DNA of 64,000 nucleotides from Candidatus Versatilivorator sp. (GTDB taxonomy: Bacteria > Acidobacteriota > Terriglobia > Versatilivoradales > Versatilivoraceae), in contig OZ242296.1 of NCBI GenBank assembly GCA_965207735.1, positions 2,176,001 to 2,240,000 on the forward strand, read 5' to 3'. Each line of letters starts with the position of its first letter. Position 1 is the first letter of the stretch. Positions 10,500 through 19,647 of the stretch are shown piece by piece. The position numbers and the translations under genes were made by a program. The notes beneath the pieces are model-generated. The model did no database searches, was not told where the DNA came from, and saw nothing but the letters and a program-made list of their open reading frames with translations.

Positions 10500-10590
10500 G
10501 CTGTCGCCGCCTTCGCGGCTCGACGCTTACCCTAACCGTATCCATGGGCTGACGCCCACGGCTACCTGCTGCCGCCGCTTCGCGGCTCCA
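10500..10590. repeat. REP-like repeat family D
   Basis: GCTGTCGCCGCCTTCGCGGCTC...CCATGGGCTGACGCCCACGGCTACCTGCTGCCGCCGCTTCGCGGCTC. Confidence 0.85.
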
Positions 10591-10696
10591 CTCGAGCCCC
10601 GGGCTGACGCCGGGGGAACAAAATGTTCTTTTCCGAGGCCGGCGTTGGTCCCCGTCCGGCTCGACGGCGGGCTGCGCCTTTATGGTAGTCACGCAC

Positions 10697-11072
10697 GGGG
10701 CGCCGAGTTTGCCCCCCTCCGGATCGACTGCGGGCTGGCGCCCTTGTCTCTCCGACTCCCCCTCAAGGGGGGAGTGATACTTGAGGCTTGCAAGAGGCGC
10801 CGTGCCCAATTCCTGGGTGCGATGTAAACCATGTTCCCGGTCTAATGTATAAACTCCGTTCCCTCTTCATAACACGGATATCACTCCCCCCTTGAGGGGG
10901 AGTCGCAGAAGTCGAGCCGAATGGCGAAGGCTGATGCGGTGGGGGGTTCGCACAAGGCGAGCCACAGGCGAGATCTTGTGCGCCGTAGCGGTAACCGCCG
11001 GCGTGCGTCGGTTGCGGTGGGGGAGTCGCAGAAGCCGAGCCGAATGGCGAAGGCCGATGCGGTGGGGGGTGG
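10697..11072 (-). repeat. Repeat family A cluster
   Basis: Reverse-complement copies of the 1288-2390 palindromes and spacer. Confidence 0.9.
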
Positions 11073-11145
11073 ACGCCGCCAGTCAGACCGCGGTGCGGGG
11101 CCCCACCGCCCCTCCAAACCCCTGTCAGCCGGCCCGGGCGCCCTT

Positions 11146-11175
11146 TTGACTTTTCTCCGGGGAGTAGGCTAATAT
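11146..11175 (+). promoter_or_regulatory. Putative sigma70 promoter of accD-folC
   Basis: TTGACT-18 nt-TAATAT about 30 nt before the accD ATG. Confidence 0.5.
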
Positions 11176-11203
11176 CCTCGCCTTCAATCGGGAGACCGCC
11201 CTC

Positions 11204-12046
11204 ATGGCCTGGTTCAAGAAGGAAAAGGCGCCCATCGTACCCATCCGCGACCGGACGGTGCGCACCGAGGGACTGTGGCAGAAGTGCGAAGGGTGCAATC
11301 AGACCCTTTGGAAGAAGGACCTGGAGCCCACCTTCCACGTCTGTCCCCAGTGCAATTTCCACTTCCGGGTCAGCGCCCGCGAACGCCTGGAGCGCCTCTT
11401 CGATCAGGGTCGGTTCAAGGAGTACGACCGCGATCTCCAGTCGAACGATCCGCTGCAGTTCGTGGACAAGAAATCCTACCGCCAGCGCCTGCGCGATATG
11501 GAGGCGGCCTCCGGCATGAAGGACGCCCTGCTGGCGGCGGAAGGAAGGGTCGGCGGCAAGACCGTCTGCGCCTGCGCCATGGAACCCTCCTTCATCAGTG
11601 GATCCATGGGGGTGGTGGTGGGAGAAAAGATCACCCGGGCCATCGAGCGCTGCCTGGAAAAACAGCATCCGCTGATCATCATCTCCTGCTCAGGAGGAGC
11701 CCGCATGCAGGAGGGTGTCCTGAGCCTCATGCAAATGGCCAAGATCACGGCCGCCCTGGCCCGCATGGACCAGCAGCGCCTGCCCTACATCTCGGTGATG
11801 ACCCATCCCACCACGGGAGGCGTCACCGCCAGCTACGCCATGCTGGGAGACCTGAACATCGCGGAACCGGGTGCGCTCATTGGATTTGCAGGCCCCAGGG
11901 TGATCGAGCAGACCATCCGCCAGAAGCTGCCGCCCGGTTTTCAACGGAGTGAGTTTCTGCTGCAGCACGGCATGCTGGACGCCATCGTCCCGCGCACGGA
12001 CCTGAAGGACTACTGCATCCAGGCGCTGGAGTTCTTCGGCGCCTAG
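11204..12046 (+). CDS. accD: Acetyl-CoA carboxylase carboxyltransferase beta subunit
   Basis: Zn finger CxxC..CxxC, GSMG, SGGARMQEG, PTTGGVTAS, GFAGPRVIEQT. Confidence 0.97.
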   Translation: MAWFKKEKAPIVPIRDRTVRTEGLWQKCEGCNQTLWKKDLEPTFHVCPQCNFHFRVSARERLERLFDQGRFKEYDRDLQSNDPLQFVDKKSYRQRLRDMEAASGMKDALLAAEGRVGGKTVCACAMEPSFISGSMGVVVGEKITRAIERCLEKQHPLIIISCSGGARMQEGVLSLMQMAKITAALARMDQQRLPYISVMTHPTTGGVTASYAMLGDLNIAEPGALIGFAGPRVIEQTIRQKLPPGFQRSEFLLQHGMLDAIVPRTDLKDYCIQALEFFGA

Positions 12047-12289
12047 CCCGCATTTCTCGCCAGGTCGCTGGTGCCATGACGAAAAGCAGTTTGTCTTCAG
12101 TACTTTGATTGGCTCCCTGGGAAGGGCTTGTGGGTAACAGACGGCGCTGGGCATGCCTTGGCTTGTCTTTTTCCCTTCAGCCCGCACATGCTCCCTCGCG
12201 CGTAGTGACCGCTACGCTCTTCGGTCGCGAGCACGCGCTGAAGGGAAATATCCTGCGCCATGTTCATGCCCCCTGGTGAGAAATGCGGG
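12047..12289. mobile_element. IS1380-family MITE, 243 bp
   Basis: Terminal IRs CCCGCATTTCTCGCCAGG / CCTGGTGAGAAATGCGGG match the IS1380 ends at 24090/25787; CTAG duplicated at 12043-12046 and 12290-12293. Confidence 0.9.
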
Positions 12290-12295
12290 CTAGCT

Positions 12296-13777
12296 ATGGA
12301 TTACCACCAAGCGGTATCCTATCTCTATTCCCTCGGCAACGAAGTGGCCACCGCCAAGCTGGGGCTGGACAACATCCGGCGCCTGATGAGCTTCCTGGGC
12401 GATCCCCAGGACCGCTTTCCCTCGGTGCTCATTGCCGGCACCAACGGGAAAGGATCGGTGGCCGCCTTCTGTGAGTCGGTTCTGCGCACCCAGGGATACA
12501 GGACCGGCCTCTACACCTCCCCTCACCTGATCCGCATCCAGGAGCGCATCCGCATCGGCGGGCGAGAGATCCTCCCGCAGGAGCTGGCCCGCCTGACGGC
12601 CACCGTCAAGGAGGCGGTGGGCCAACTGCTGGCCGGGACCTCCCGCAACGGCCGCCGCCTGAAGCTGGACCGTCACCCCACCTACTTCGAGATGGTGACG
12701 GCCATGGCCTTTCTCCATTTCGCCGAAAAGCAGGTGGACCTGGCCATCCTGGAGGTCGGCCTGGGGGGACGTCTGGACGCCACCAACCTGGTCGATCCCA
12801 TCGTCTCGGTGATCACGCCCGTCAGCTACGACCATCAGGCCAGCCTGGGAACCAACCTGCAAGCCATCGCCGGCGAGAAGGCCGGGATCGTCAAGCCCCG
12901 CAGGCACTCCCGTCCGGAGAAGCAGCAACCGCTCGCCGTGGTGTGCAGCAACCAGGAGGAAGCGGTCCTGGAGGTGATACGAAAGCAGTGCCGTGCCGCC
13001 GGGGCTCGCTGGCTCCCAGCCTTTCAGCAGCTGGAATGCCGGGAGGTCGCCCACCGGCTGGAAGAATCGGTTCTGGAACTTCAGCCGGTGCTGGGAACCC
13101 CGTTGAAGCTGAGGGTCCCTCTTCCCGGAAGGCACCAGGTCGGAAACGTTGTAGCTGCGGTCCGGACCCTGGAGGTGCTGCACGACTCCGGCTTTCCGCT
13201 GAAGCCGGAGGCCATCGAGCAGGGAATCGCCCGAACCCGCTGGCCGGGCCGGCTGGAAGTGCTTCCCGGGCAGCCCCGGGTCGTGGTGGACGGCGCCCAC
13301 AACCCGGCGGCAGCCGAGTCGGTGGCCCGGCACATCCGGACCTTCCTGCCCCCGCGGCAGGTCCTCCTCCTCTACGGCTCGCTGAGGGACAAGGACATCC
13401 CCGGTGTGTTCTCCCGCCTGAGCCCCCTGGCCCGAGAGGTGATCCTGACCCGTCCCGAATCCGAGCGCGCAGCGGAGCCCCGGGACATCGTGCGCAACGG
13501 TTGGACCGGAGGCCGCGCGGTCCGCTGCAGAGCCCGGCTGGAGGATGCCTGGGATTTGGCCCGCACTCTGGCCCGACCGGAAGACACGCTGCTGGTGGCG
13601 GGTTCGATCTATCTTGTGGGAGACTTCAAACGCCGCCTGGCCGAATGCGACCGGCCGCGGACCGCGCCGGAAGCCGCCGGCGCCGGCACATCCGTTGGCT
13701 CCCCGGGGCGAAGGGGCCAACCAGCGGCCTTCGCCGCCGGCAGCGCCGGCGCCCATCCCCCAGCGACAACATCCTGA
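12296..13777 (+). CDS. folC: Folylpolyglutamate synthase/dihydrofolate synthase
   Basis: AGTNGKGS, YTSPHL, EVGLGGRLDATN, WPGRLE, DGAHN; start MDYHQA lies just after the MITE. Confidence 0.95.
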   Translation: MDYHQAVSYLYSLGNEVATAKLGLDNIRRLMSFLGDPQDRFPSVLIAGTNGKGSVAAFCESVLRTQGYRTGLYTSPHLIRIQERIRIGGREILPQELARLTATVKEAVGQLLAGTSRNGRRLKLDRHPTYFEMVTAMAFLHFAEKQVDLAILEVGLGGRLDATNLVDPIVSVITPVSYDHQASLGTNLQAIAGEKAGIVKPRRHSRPEKQQPLAVVCSNQEEAVLEVIRKQCRAAGARWLPAFQQLECREVAHRLEESVLELQPVLGTPLKLRVPLPGRHQVGNVVAAVRTLEVLHDSGFPLKPEAIEQGIARTRWPGRLEVLPGQPRVVVDGAHNPAAAESVARHIRTFLPPRQVLLLYGSLRDKDIPGVFSRLSPLAREVILTRPESERAAEPRDIVRNGWTGGRAVRCRARLEDAWDLARTLARPEDTLLVAGSIYLVGDFKRRLAECDRPRTAPEAAGAGTSVGSPGRRGQPAAFAAGSAGAHPPATTS

Positions 13778-13806
13778 TCACCCACTGACCCATCGAGGCG
13801 AACTCC

Positions 13807-15084
13807 TTGGCCCTATTCCGACCCGCTACCGATCCCACGCCCAATCCCGGCGAGCTCGCTCCCGAGACGGCCTTCGCCGAAGCCGCCCATCCCGAGGAGT
13901 CTCTCCGGCGCCGGGATCGAACCACCATTGCCTCCCTCTCGGGGGCCCATTTCGTCAACGATACCTACGCCAACTTTCTGGGCCCACTGCTGCCTCTGAT
14001 CGTGGGCAAGCTGAGCCTGACCATCGCCCAGGCGGGCTGGCTGGGAGCTGTGCTGACGGTCTCCTCCTGCTTCATGCAGCCCGTCTACGGCTACCTTTCG
14101 GACCGCTACCTGGTGCGCTTCTTTGTCGTCTTCAGCCCGCTGATCACCACCGTCTTCATGTCCTGCATCGGGATAGCCCCCAATTTCACGGTGCTGGCCC
14201 TGCTGCTGGCCGCCGCCGGCGTCGGGATAGCCTCCTTCCATCCCCAGGGGGCCGCCATGATCGGCGCGGCCAGCCGGGACCGGAGCGGCCTGGGGATGTC
14301 CATCTTCATCGGCGCCGGAACCCTGGGCTTTGCTCTCGCCCCGATCATCGCCCCCTATGCAGTGGAACTGTTCAGCCTGGAACGGTCCTATTTCATCGTG
14401 ATTCCCGGGGTGCTGGCTTCTGCCGTCCTCTACTTTCTTATCCCGAACGACCCTCCCCAAACCGTCGCCCCTCGCTCCCGGACGGACCTGAAGGACTTAC
14501 TGCTCCCGATGTGGCGTCCGCTGCTGATCCTCTACCTGCTGGTGGTAATCCGTTCCATGGTCCAGATCGGGTTTGTCCATTTCCTGCCACTCTACTTCTT
14601 CCAACAGGGAAACGACCTGATCGCCAGCGGCCGCCTGGCCTCCCTGTTCACGCTCTTCGGCGCCATGGGCGGGTTTACGGGAGGCTTGCTCTCCGACAAG
14701 GTCGGCGGCCGCAGGGTGATCGTCTATTCCAATCTGCTGGCCCCGCCGTTCCTGGCCGGCTTCTTTCTGACCGAGGGGGTTCTCTCGGCCGCCTGCCTGG
14801 CCTCGGGAGCGGCCCTGCTGCTCTCCACCCTGCCGGTCAACGTGGTGATGGCCCAGAAGATGCTGCCGCAACGGACCAGCATCGCCTCCTCCTTGATGAT
14901 GGGGTTCGCCTGGGGAATGGCCGGATTGGCCATCCCGGTGGTGGGCGCGCTGGCCGACCGCATCGGCCTGGGCTCGGCCCTGCTGCTGGTGGTCGGCCTG
15001 GGGGCGTTCGGCTTCCTGCTCTCCCTGTTCCTCCCCAAGGACGCCTGTGAAGAAGGGGATATCGGACAGATCACGTGTCACTGA
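13807..15084 (+). CDS. MFS transporter (Fsr-like)
   Basis: HFVNDTY, QPVYGYLSDR, FHPQG, LSDKVGGRR; about 12 TM segments. Confidence 0.88.
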   Translation: MALFRPATDPTPNPGELAPETAFAEAAHPEESLRRRDRTTIASLSGAHFVNDTYANFLGPLLPLIVGKLSLTIAQAGWLGAVLTVSSCFMQPVYGYLSDRYLVRFFVVFSPLITTVFMSCIGIAPNFTVLALLLAAAGVGIASFHPQGAAMIGAASRDRSGLGMSIFIGAGTLGFALAPIIAPYAVELFSLERSYFIVIPGVLASAVLYFLIPNDPPQTVAPRSRTDLKDLLLPMWRPLLILYLLVVIRSMVQIGFVHFLPLYFFQQGNDLIASGRLASLFTLFGAMGGFTGGLLSDKVGGRRVIVYSNLLAPPFLAGFFLTEGVLSAACLASGAALLLSTLPVNVVMAQKMLPQRTSIASSLMMGFAWGMAGLAIPVVGALADRIGLGSALLLVVGLGAFGFLLSLFLPKDACEEGDIGQITCH

Positions 15085-15202
15085 AACCGGTTGACTTCAA
15101 GTACGACCGGCAAACCGTTGAAGGCCTGGTCGATTTTCAAAGAAACCGGGATCTGCTAAACTGAGTCTCCGGCGGCGCCTATGCGTCGTCCCGCCAACCC
15201 AC

Positions 15203-15279
15203 GCGCCCGTAGCTCAGCTGGATAGAGCGACAGCCTCCGGAGCTGTAGGCCGCAGGTTCGAATCCTGCCGGGCGTACCA
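15203..15279 (+). tRNA. tRNA-Arg(CCG)
   Basis: Cloverleaf: D arm AGCTCAGCTGGATAGAGC, anticodon arm ACAGC-CTCCGGA-GCTGT, GGTTCGAATCC, encoded CCA. Confidence 0.97.
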
Positions 15280-15291
15280 CACCTCAAGGGT

Positions 15292-16770
15292 TCAGATAAT
15301 CTGGTGGATGGGGTCGGCCCCTTCGACGCCCACCAGCTTCTGATCCAGACCGCTGTAGAAATAGGTGAGACGGCCCGGGTCCATACCCATCTGGTGCAGG
15401 ATGGTGGCGTGCAGGCGCCTGACGTGGAAGGGATCTTCGACGGCGGCGCTGCCCAGTTCGTCGGTCCGGCCCACGCTGATGCCGCCCTTGATGCCGCCGC
15501 CGGCCATCCACATGGTAAAGCCGTAGGCGTTGTGGTCGCGGCCGGTGCCCTTTTCGTATTCGGCGGTGGGCTGACGGCCGAACTCGCCGCCCCAGACCAC
15601 CAGGGTCTGCTCCAGCAGGCCCCGCTGCTTCAGGTCCTTCAGCAGTCCGGCGATGGGCTTGTCGGTCTCGAGGGCATGCAGGTCGTGGTTGGATTTGAGG
15701 TCTCCGTGGGCGTCCCAGTTGGCGTCCCCGTGGTTGCCACCCGAATAGATCTGAACGAAGCGGACCCCCCGCTCCACCAGCCTCCTGGCCAGCAGGCACT
15801 GTCTCCCGAAACCTTCCGTCTCCTTGCGGTCCATCCCGTAGAGGGCCAGCGTCCGGGGGTTCTCCCGCGAGAGGTCGACCGCCTCGGGGGCGTGGCGCTG
15901 CATCCTGAAGGCCAGCTCGTAGCTGGCGATTCGCGCGGCCAGGTTGGAGTTGTCCCCGCGGGCCCGGTAGTGCTCCCGATTGTAGGCGCCCAGGCTGTCG
16001 AGCATTTGCCGCTGCATTTCGGGGCTGACGCCGTCCGGAGGAGCCAGGTCCAGAATGGGCTTGCCTCGGGAACGCATGACCGTGGCCTGATAGGTGGCCG
16101 GCATGTAGCCGCTGCTCCAGTTCTTGGCCCCGCTGATGGGACCGCCCCGCGGATCCAGCATGACCACGAAGCCGGGCAGATTCTCATTGGCCGTGCCCAG
16201 GCCGTAGTTGATCCAGGAGCCCAGGCAGGGGCTGCCGCTGAGGATCCGGCCCGAGTTCATCATCAGCATGGCCGACCCGTGGATGGGGGAGTCCGCCGTC
16301 ATGGATTGGAGGAAGGCGATGTCGTCCACGCAGGTGCCCAGGTGGGGAAACAGGTCGGAGACCCACTTGCCGCACTGTCCGTACTGCTTGAAGCTCCAGC
16401 GGGGTTCCACGATCCGGCCGCTCTGCCTGTGGCCGGCGCGGCCGAAGGTCTTGACCTCGACCGTCTTGTTGTCCATCCCCTTCATGGCCGGCTTGTAGTC
16501 GAAGGTATCGATCTGGCTGGGTCCGCCGTACATGAAGAGAAAAATGACCGACTTGGCCCGGGCCGGGTAATGGGAGGGCCTGGATCGCAATGGATTGGGG
16601 AAGGTGGTGAGGCTGTCGGCCGCCAGCGCCTGGCGCTGCAGGAAGCCGTCGTCCCCCAGGGCGGCCGCCAGGGCGACCCCGGTGAACCCGCCCCCGGCCT
16701 CCCACAGAAACTCGCGCCGGGTGCGGCCGCAGAAGTCGCCCCCCCGCTTGCGGATTTTCCTGGTCTCCAT
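15292..16770 (-). CDS. DUF1501 domain protein (Tat-like signal)
   Basis: TRREFL, VIFLFMYGGPSQIDTFDYKP, ARRLVERGVRFVQ, GEFGR, GRDHN; RBS GAGGAGG before 16770. Confidence 0.9.
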   Translation of the reverse strand: METRKIRKRGGDFCGRTRREFLWEAGGGFTGVALAAALGDDGFLQRQALAADSLTTFPNPLRSRPSHYPARAKSVIFLFMYGGPSQIDTFDYKPAMKGMDNKTVEVKTFGRAGHRQSGRIVEPRWSFKQYGQCGKWVSDLFPHLGTCVDDIAFLQSMTADSPIHGSAMLMMNSGRILSGSPCLGSWINYGLGTANENLPGFVVMLDPRGGPISGAKNWSSGYMPATYQATVMRSRGKPILDLAPPDGVSPEMQRQMLDSLGAYNREHYRARGDNSNLAARIASYELAFRMQRHAPEAVDLSRENPRTLALYGMDRKETEGFGRQCLLARRLVERGVRFVQIYSGGNHGDANWDAHGDLKSNHDLHALETDKPIAGLLKDLKQRGLLEQTLVVWGGEFGRQPTAEYEKGTGRDHNAYGFTMWMAGGGIKGGISVGRTDELGSAAVEDPFHVRRLHATILHQMGMDPGRLTYFYSGLDQKLVGVEGADPIHQII

Positions 16771-16948
16771 GACTTCCTCCTCAGCCGACAATGAATTGTT
16801 GATTTCCGATTGAAGATTGTTGATTGGGTGGTAGGACCCTACATTGTGCCCCGGATCCGCAATTTTCAATGGAGAGTAGGGACGCTGCATTCGCGTAACT
16901 TCGTGGACGCCTCTTTTCTCCGAACCGTTGGTCCGTGGCGCGCCCTCC

Positions 16949-19516
16949 TTAATCCAGATAGACAAACTCGTTCAGGTTCAGCGCCACCAGGCAGAACAGT
17001 TCCAGGGCCTTGTCCTGGACGGTCCGGTGGTTTTGCCGGAGCGATGCCATCAAGTCCACCCCACGGGCCACCTCTGTCCCCGTCGGAGGCCGCTGCAGCA
17101 CCCGGTTGAGGGCCACCCGGACCTGGGCGGCCGGGTCGCTCCCGCCCTCTTCCCTGACGAAGCCGGCCAGCACACGGGCCTGCCGGTTCATGAACTCGCC
17201 GTTGAGGGTGTGCAGGGCCTGGGTGGGCTGAGTGGTGGAGAAGCGCACCGGGCAGGTGGCGTCGGGGTCGGCTCCGTCGAAGGCCGCGATGAGCGGCACG
17301 ATCAGGGAACGCTTGGTGTGGATGTAGATGCTCCGGCGGGTCAGATCCCGCGGCGAGGAATCCCACCAGTTATGGCCCGGCACCGATTGCCCTGCCAGGA
17401 CCTCCTCGGGAATGACAGGATAGATGCTGGGACCGGTCATGGTCAGGTTGAGACCGCCGTTGACCGCCAGCACCGAGTCTCGAATCTCCTCGGCCGCCAG
17501 CCGCCGCATATCGAACCGCCACAGCAGGCGGTTCTCGGGGTCTCGGGCCAGGGCCTTCTCTTGAGGCCTGGACGACATCCGATAGGCACTGGACAACAGG
17601 ATCATCCGGTGGATGGGCTTCAGGCGCCAGCCGCCTTGGACCCATTCCACCGCCAGCCAGTCCAGCAGCCCGGGATGGGTGGGTGCAGCACCCCGAAAAC
17701 CGAAGTCGTTGGGCGTCCGCACCAGGCCGCGCCCGAAATGGAATTGCCAAACCCGGTTGACCATCACCCGCGCCGTAAGGGGATTTTCGGGACTGGCAAT
17801 CCAGCGGGCCAGCGCCAACCGCCGCCCCGAGGTCTTCCCGTTGCTCGGCGCCGGACCGAGCCGGGGCCGGGGAGGCGAAAGGACGGAAGGGAATCCCGGC
17901 TCGACCCGCTCTCGCCTGGCCCGATGGCTGCCGCGGCCCAGCACGAAGGTCTCCCGGGGCTCCGGCCCCACCTCGGTCACGCAAAGGGCTTGCAGATCCT
18001 GACTGGCCGCGGCCTTCCTCATCCACTCCAGGCGTTTTCCGTATTCCGCATAGTTCTCGAGCTGGCCATCGCTCACCAGCCCGGGCACCCGGGTGGCCAG
18101 AATCCCCGCCCGGTTCTCTTCCTTGCGGAAGGCTTCCTTCTCCTCCGCCGTCAGGTCGTCGGCCACCAGCTTCTCTATCTTCTCCAGCTCGCGCAGGACC
18201 GGGGCGGCCTGCCGCCGGAATGTTCGCCCCCTCCACCCAGCTTCCAGGAGCCTGCGAGGTTCCCGGGGTGGGCCGATGTCGCAAAGCGAGGCCTCGGCCA
18301 CGGTCTCGGGCTTGCGCACCCCATAGCGCTTCATGCCGTGGAAGAAAGCCAGAAAGCGATAGTAGTCCCGCTGGGGAAGCGGGTCCAGCTTGTGGTCGTG
18401 GCAGCGGGCGCAGTTGAGCGTCAGGCCCAGGAACACCTGGCTGGTGGTGGTGACGACATCGTCCAGGTCCTCGTAGAGCTCCTGCACCGGGTCCACCGGC
18501 TCGTCCTGCCAGAGACCCAGGCGGTAGAAGCCGGTGGCGATGATGTTCTCGGGAGTGGACGGATGCAGCTCGTCGCCCGCCAACTGCTCCAGGATGAAAC
18601 GGTCGTAGGGCTTGTCCTGGCTGAAGGCGCGGATGACGTAGTCGCGGTAGCGCCAGACCAGCGGCTTGGGACCGTCCCGCTCGTAGCTGTTGGACTCGGC
18701 GTAGCGGACCAGGTCGAGCCAGTGCCTGGCCCAGCGCTCACCGTACTGGGGCGAGGCCAGCAGTCGGTCCACCACCCGGGCGAAGGCGCCGGGGGAAGAG
18801 TCGGCCAGGAATGCCTCCACCTCGTCCGGAGTGGGGGGCAGACCGATCAAGTCGTAGTAGGCGCGGCGCAACAGCACCCGCTTGCCGGCCGCTGGAGAGG
18901 GTTCCAGCCCGGTGGCTTCCAGCTTGGCCAGAATGAAACCGTCGATGGGGGTCCGAACCCAGCCCTGCCGCTCCACCCGGGGGACTTCGGGCCGCCGGGG
19001 CGGCTGGAAGGACCAGAAATGCCGGCTCTCCTCCACCCCGGGGGAACTGCCGTTTTCCTCAACCCCCGTCGGGCCGGCGCTCTCCTCCTGCTCGGCAAGC
19101 TCCGGCGGCTCCCGCCGCTCTTCCGGCCAGGGCGCTCCCAGTTTCACCCACCGGGTCAGCAGGTCGACCTGCTCCGGCGGCAGCGGCCCCCCGGGCGGCA
19201 TCCTGGGGCCTGCGTAGTTGATGGCGCGAATCAGCAGGCTGGAGGCCGGATTCTCCGGATCGACCGCGGGGCCCTGCCGCCCGCCCTGCAGAATGGAGTC
19301 CCGGCTGGTCAGGCGCAGCCCGGCCTGCACGGTAGGCTGACCGCCGTGACAGCCGTAGCAGCGGGTCTCCAGGATGGGCCGGACCTGTTTCCGGAAAAAG
19401 GCCGCCGGATCATCCTCCGGCTGCTGAGCCCGGACCCATTGGGACCCGGCCGGCGACAGCAGCGCCAGCACCCCCAGGGTCCAGCTCAGGAGCGAGGGCA
19501 GCAAGGCGGGTCTCAT
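16949..19516 (-). CDS. Planctomycete cytochrome c + DUF1549 + DUF1553 protein
   Basis: CYGCH, YGERWARHWLD, CARCHDHK, NPLTARVMVNRVW, PTHPGLLDWLA. Confidence 0.92.
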   Translation of the reverse strand: MRPALLPSLLSWTLGVLALLSPAGSQWVRAQQPEDDPAAFFRKQVRPILETRCYGCHGGQPTVQAGLRLTSRDSILQGGRQGPAVDPENPASSLLIRAINYAGPRMPPGGPLPPEQVDLLTRWVKLGAPWPEERREPPELAEQEESAGPTGVEENGSSPGVEESRHFWSFQPPRRPEVPRVERQGWVRTPIDGFILAKLEATGLEPSPAAGKRVLLRRAYYDLIGLPPTPDEVEAFLADSSPGAFARVVDRLLASPQYGERWARHWLDLVRYAESNSYERDGPKPLVWRYRDYVIRAFSQDKPYDRFILEQLAGDELHPSTPENIIATGFYRLGLWQDEPVDPVQELYEDLDDVVTTTSQVFLGLTLNCARCHDHKLDPLPQRDYYRFLAFFHGMKRYGVRKPETVAEASLCDIGPPREPRRLLEAGWRGRTFRRQAAPVLRELEKIEKLVADDLTAEEKEAFRKEENRAGILATRVPGLVSDGQLENYAEYGKRLEWMRKAAASQDLQALCVTEVGPEPRETFVLGRGSHRARRERVEPGFPSVLSPPRPRLGPAPSNGKTSGRRLALARWIASPENPLTARVMVNRVWQFHFGRGLVRTPNDFGFRGAAPTHPGLLDWLAVEWVQGGWRLKPIHRMILLSSAYRMSSRPQEKALARDPENRLLWRFDMRRLAAEEIRDSVLAVNGGLNLTMTGPSIYPVIPEEVLAGQSVPGHNWWDSSPRDLTRRSIYIHTKRSLIVPLIAAFDGADPDATCPVRFSTTQPTQALHTLNGEFMNRQARVLAGFVREEGGSDPAAQVRVALNRVLQRPPTGTEVARGVDLMASLRQNHRTVQDKALELFCLVALNLNEFVYLD

Positions 19517-19647
19517 GGAATTTACGGTATTTCTTCAGTGGGAATCCTGGGATAGGATACACCTCTCTAGCGCAAAAAGGAACCAGCGGGGCGGAGGCAG
19601 CCGGTCCCGGGACCCGGTCCGGCAATCCACCCCCCGAAAGAGCGGCC

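Noticed and set aside
12260-12295. folC start at 12260
   Set aside because: It lies inside the MITE; the ancestral coupled start is ATG 12296.
15203-15292. Genomic island integrated at tRNA-Arg
   Set aside because: No integrase next to it and no duplicated tRNA 3' end noticed in the window.
16790-16830. Short ATTGTTGATT direct repeats between DUF1553 and DUF1501 genes
   Set aside because: Only two copies and no associated gene; not enough to call a regulatory site or element.
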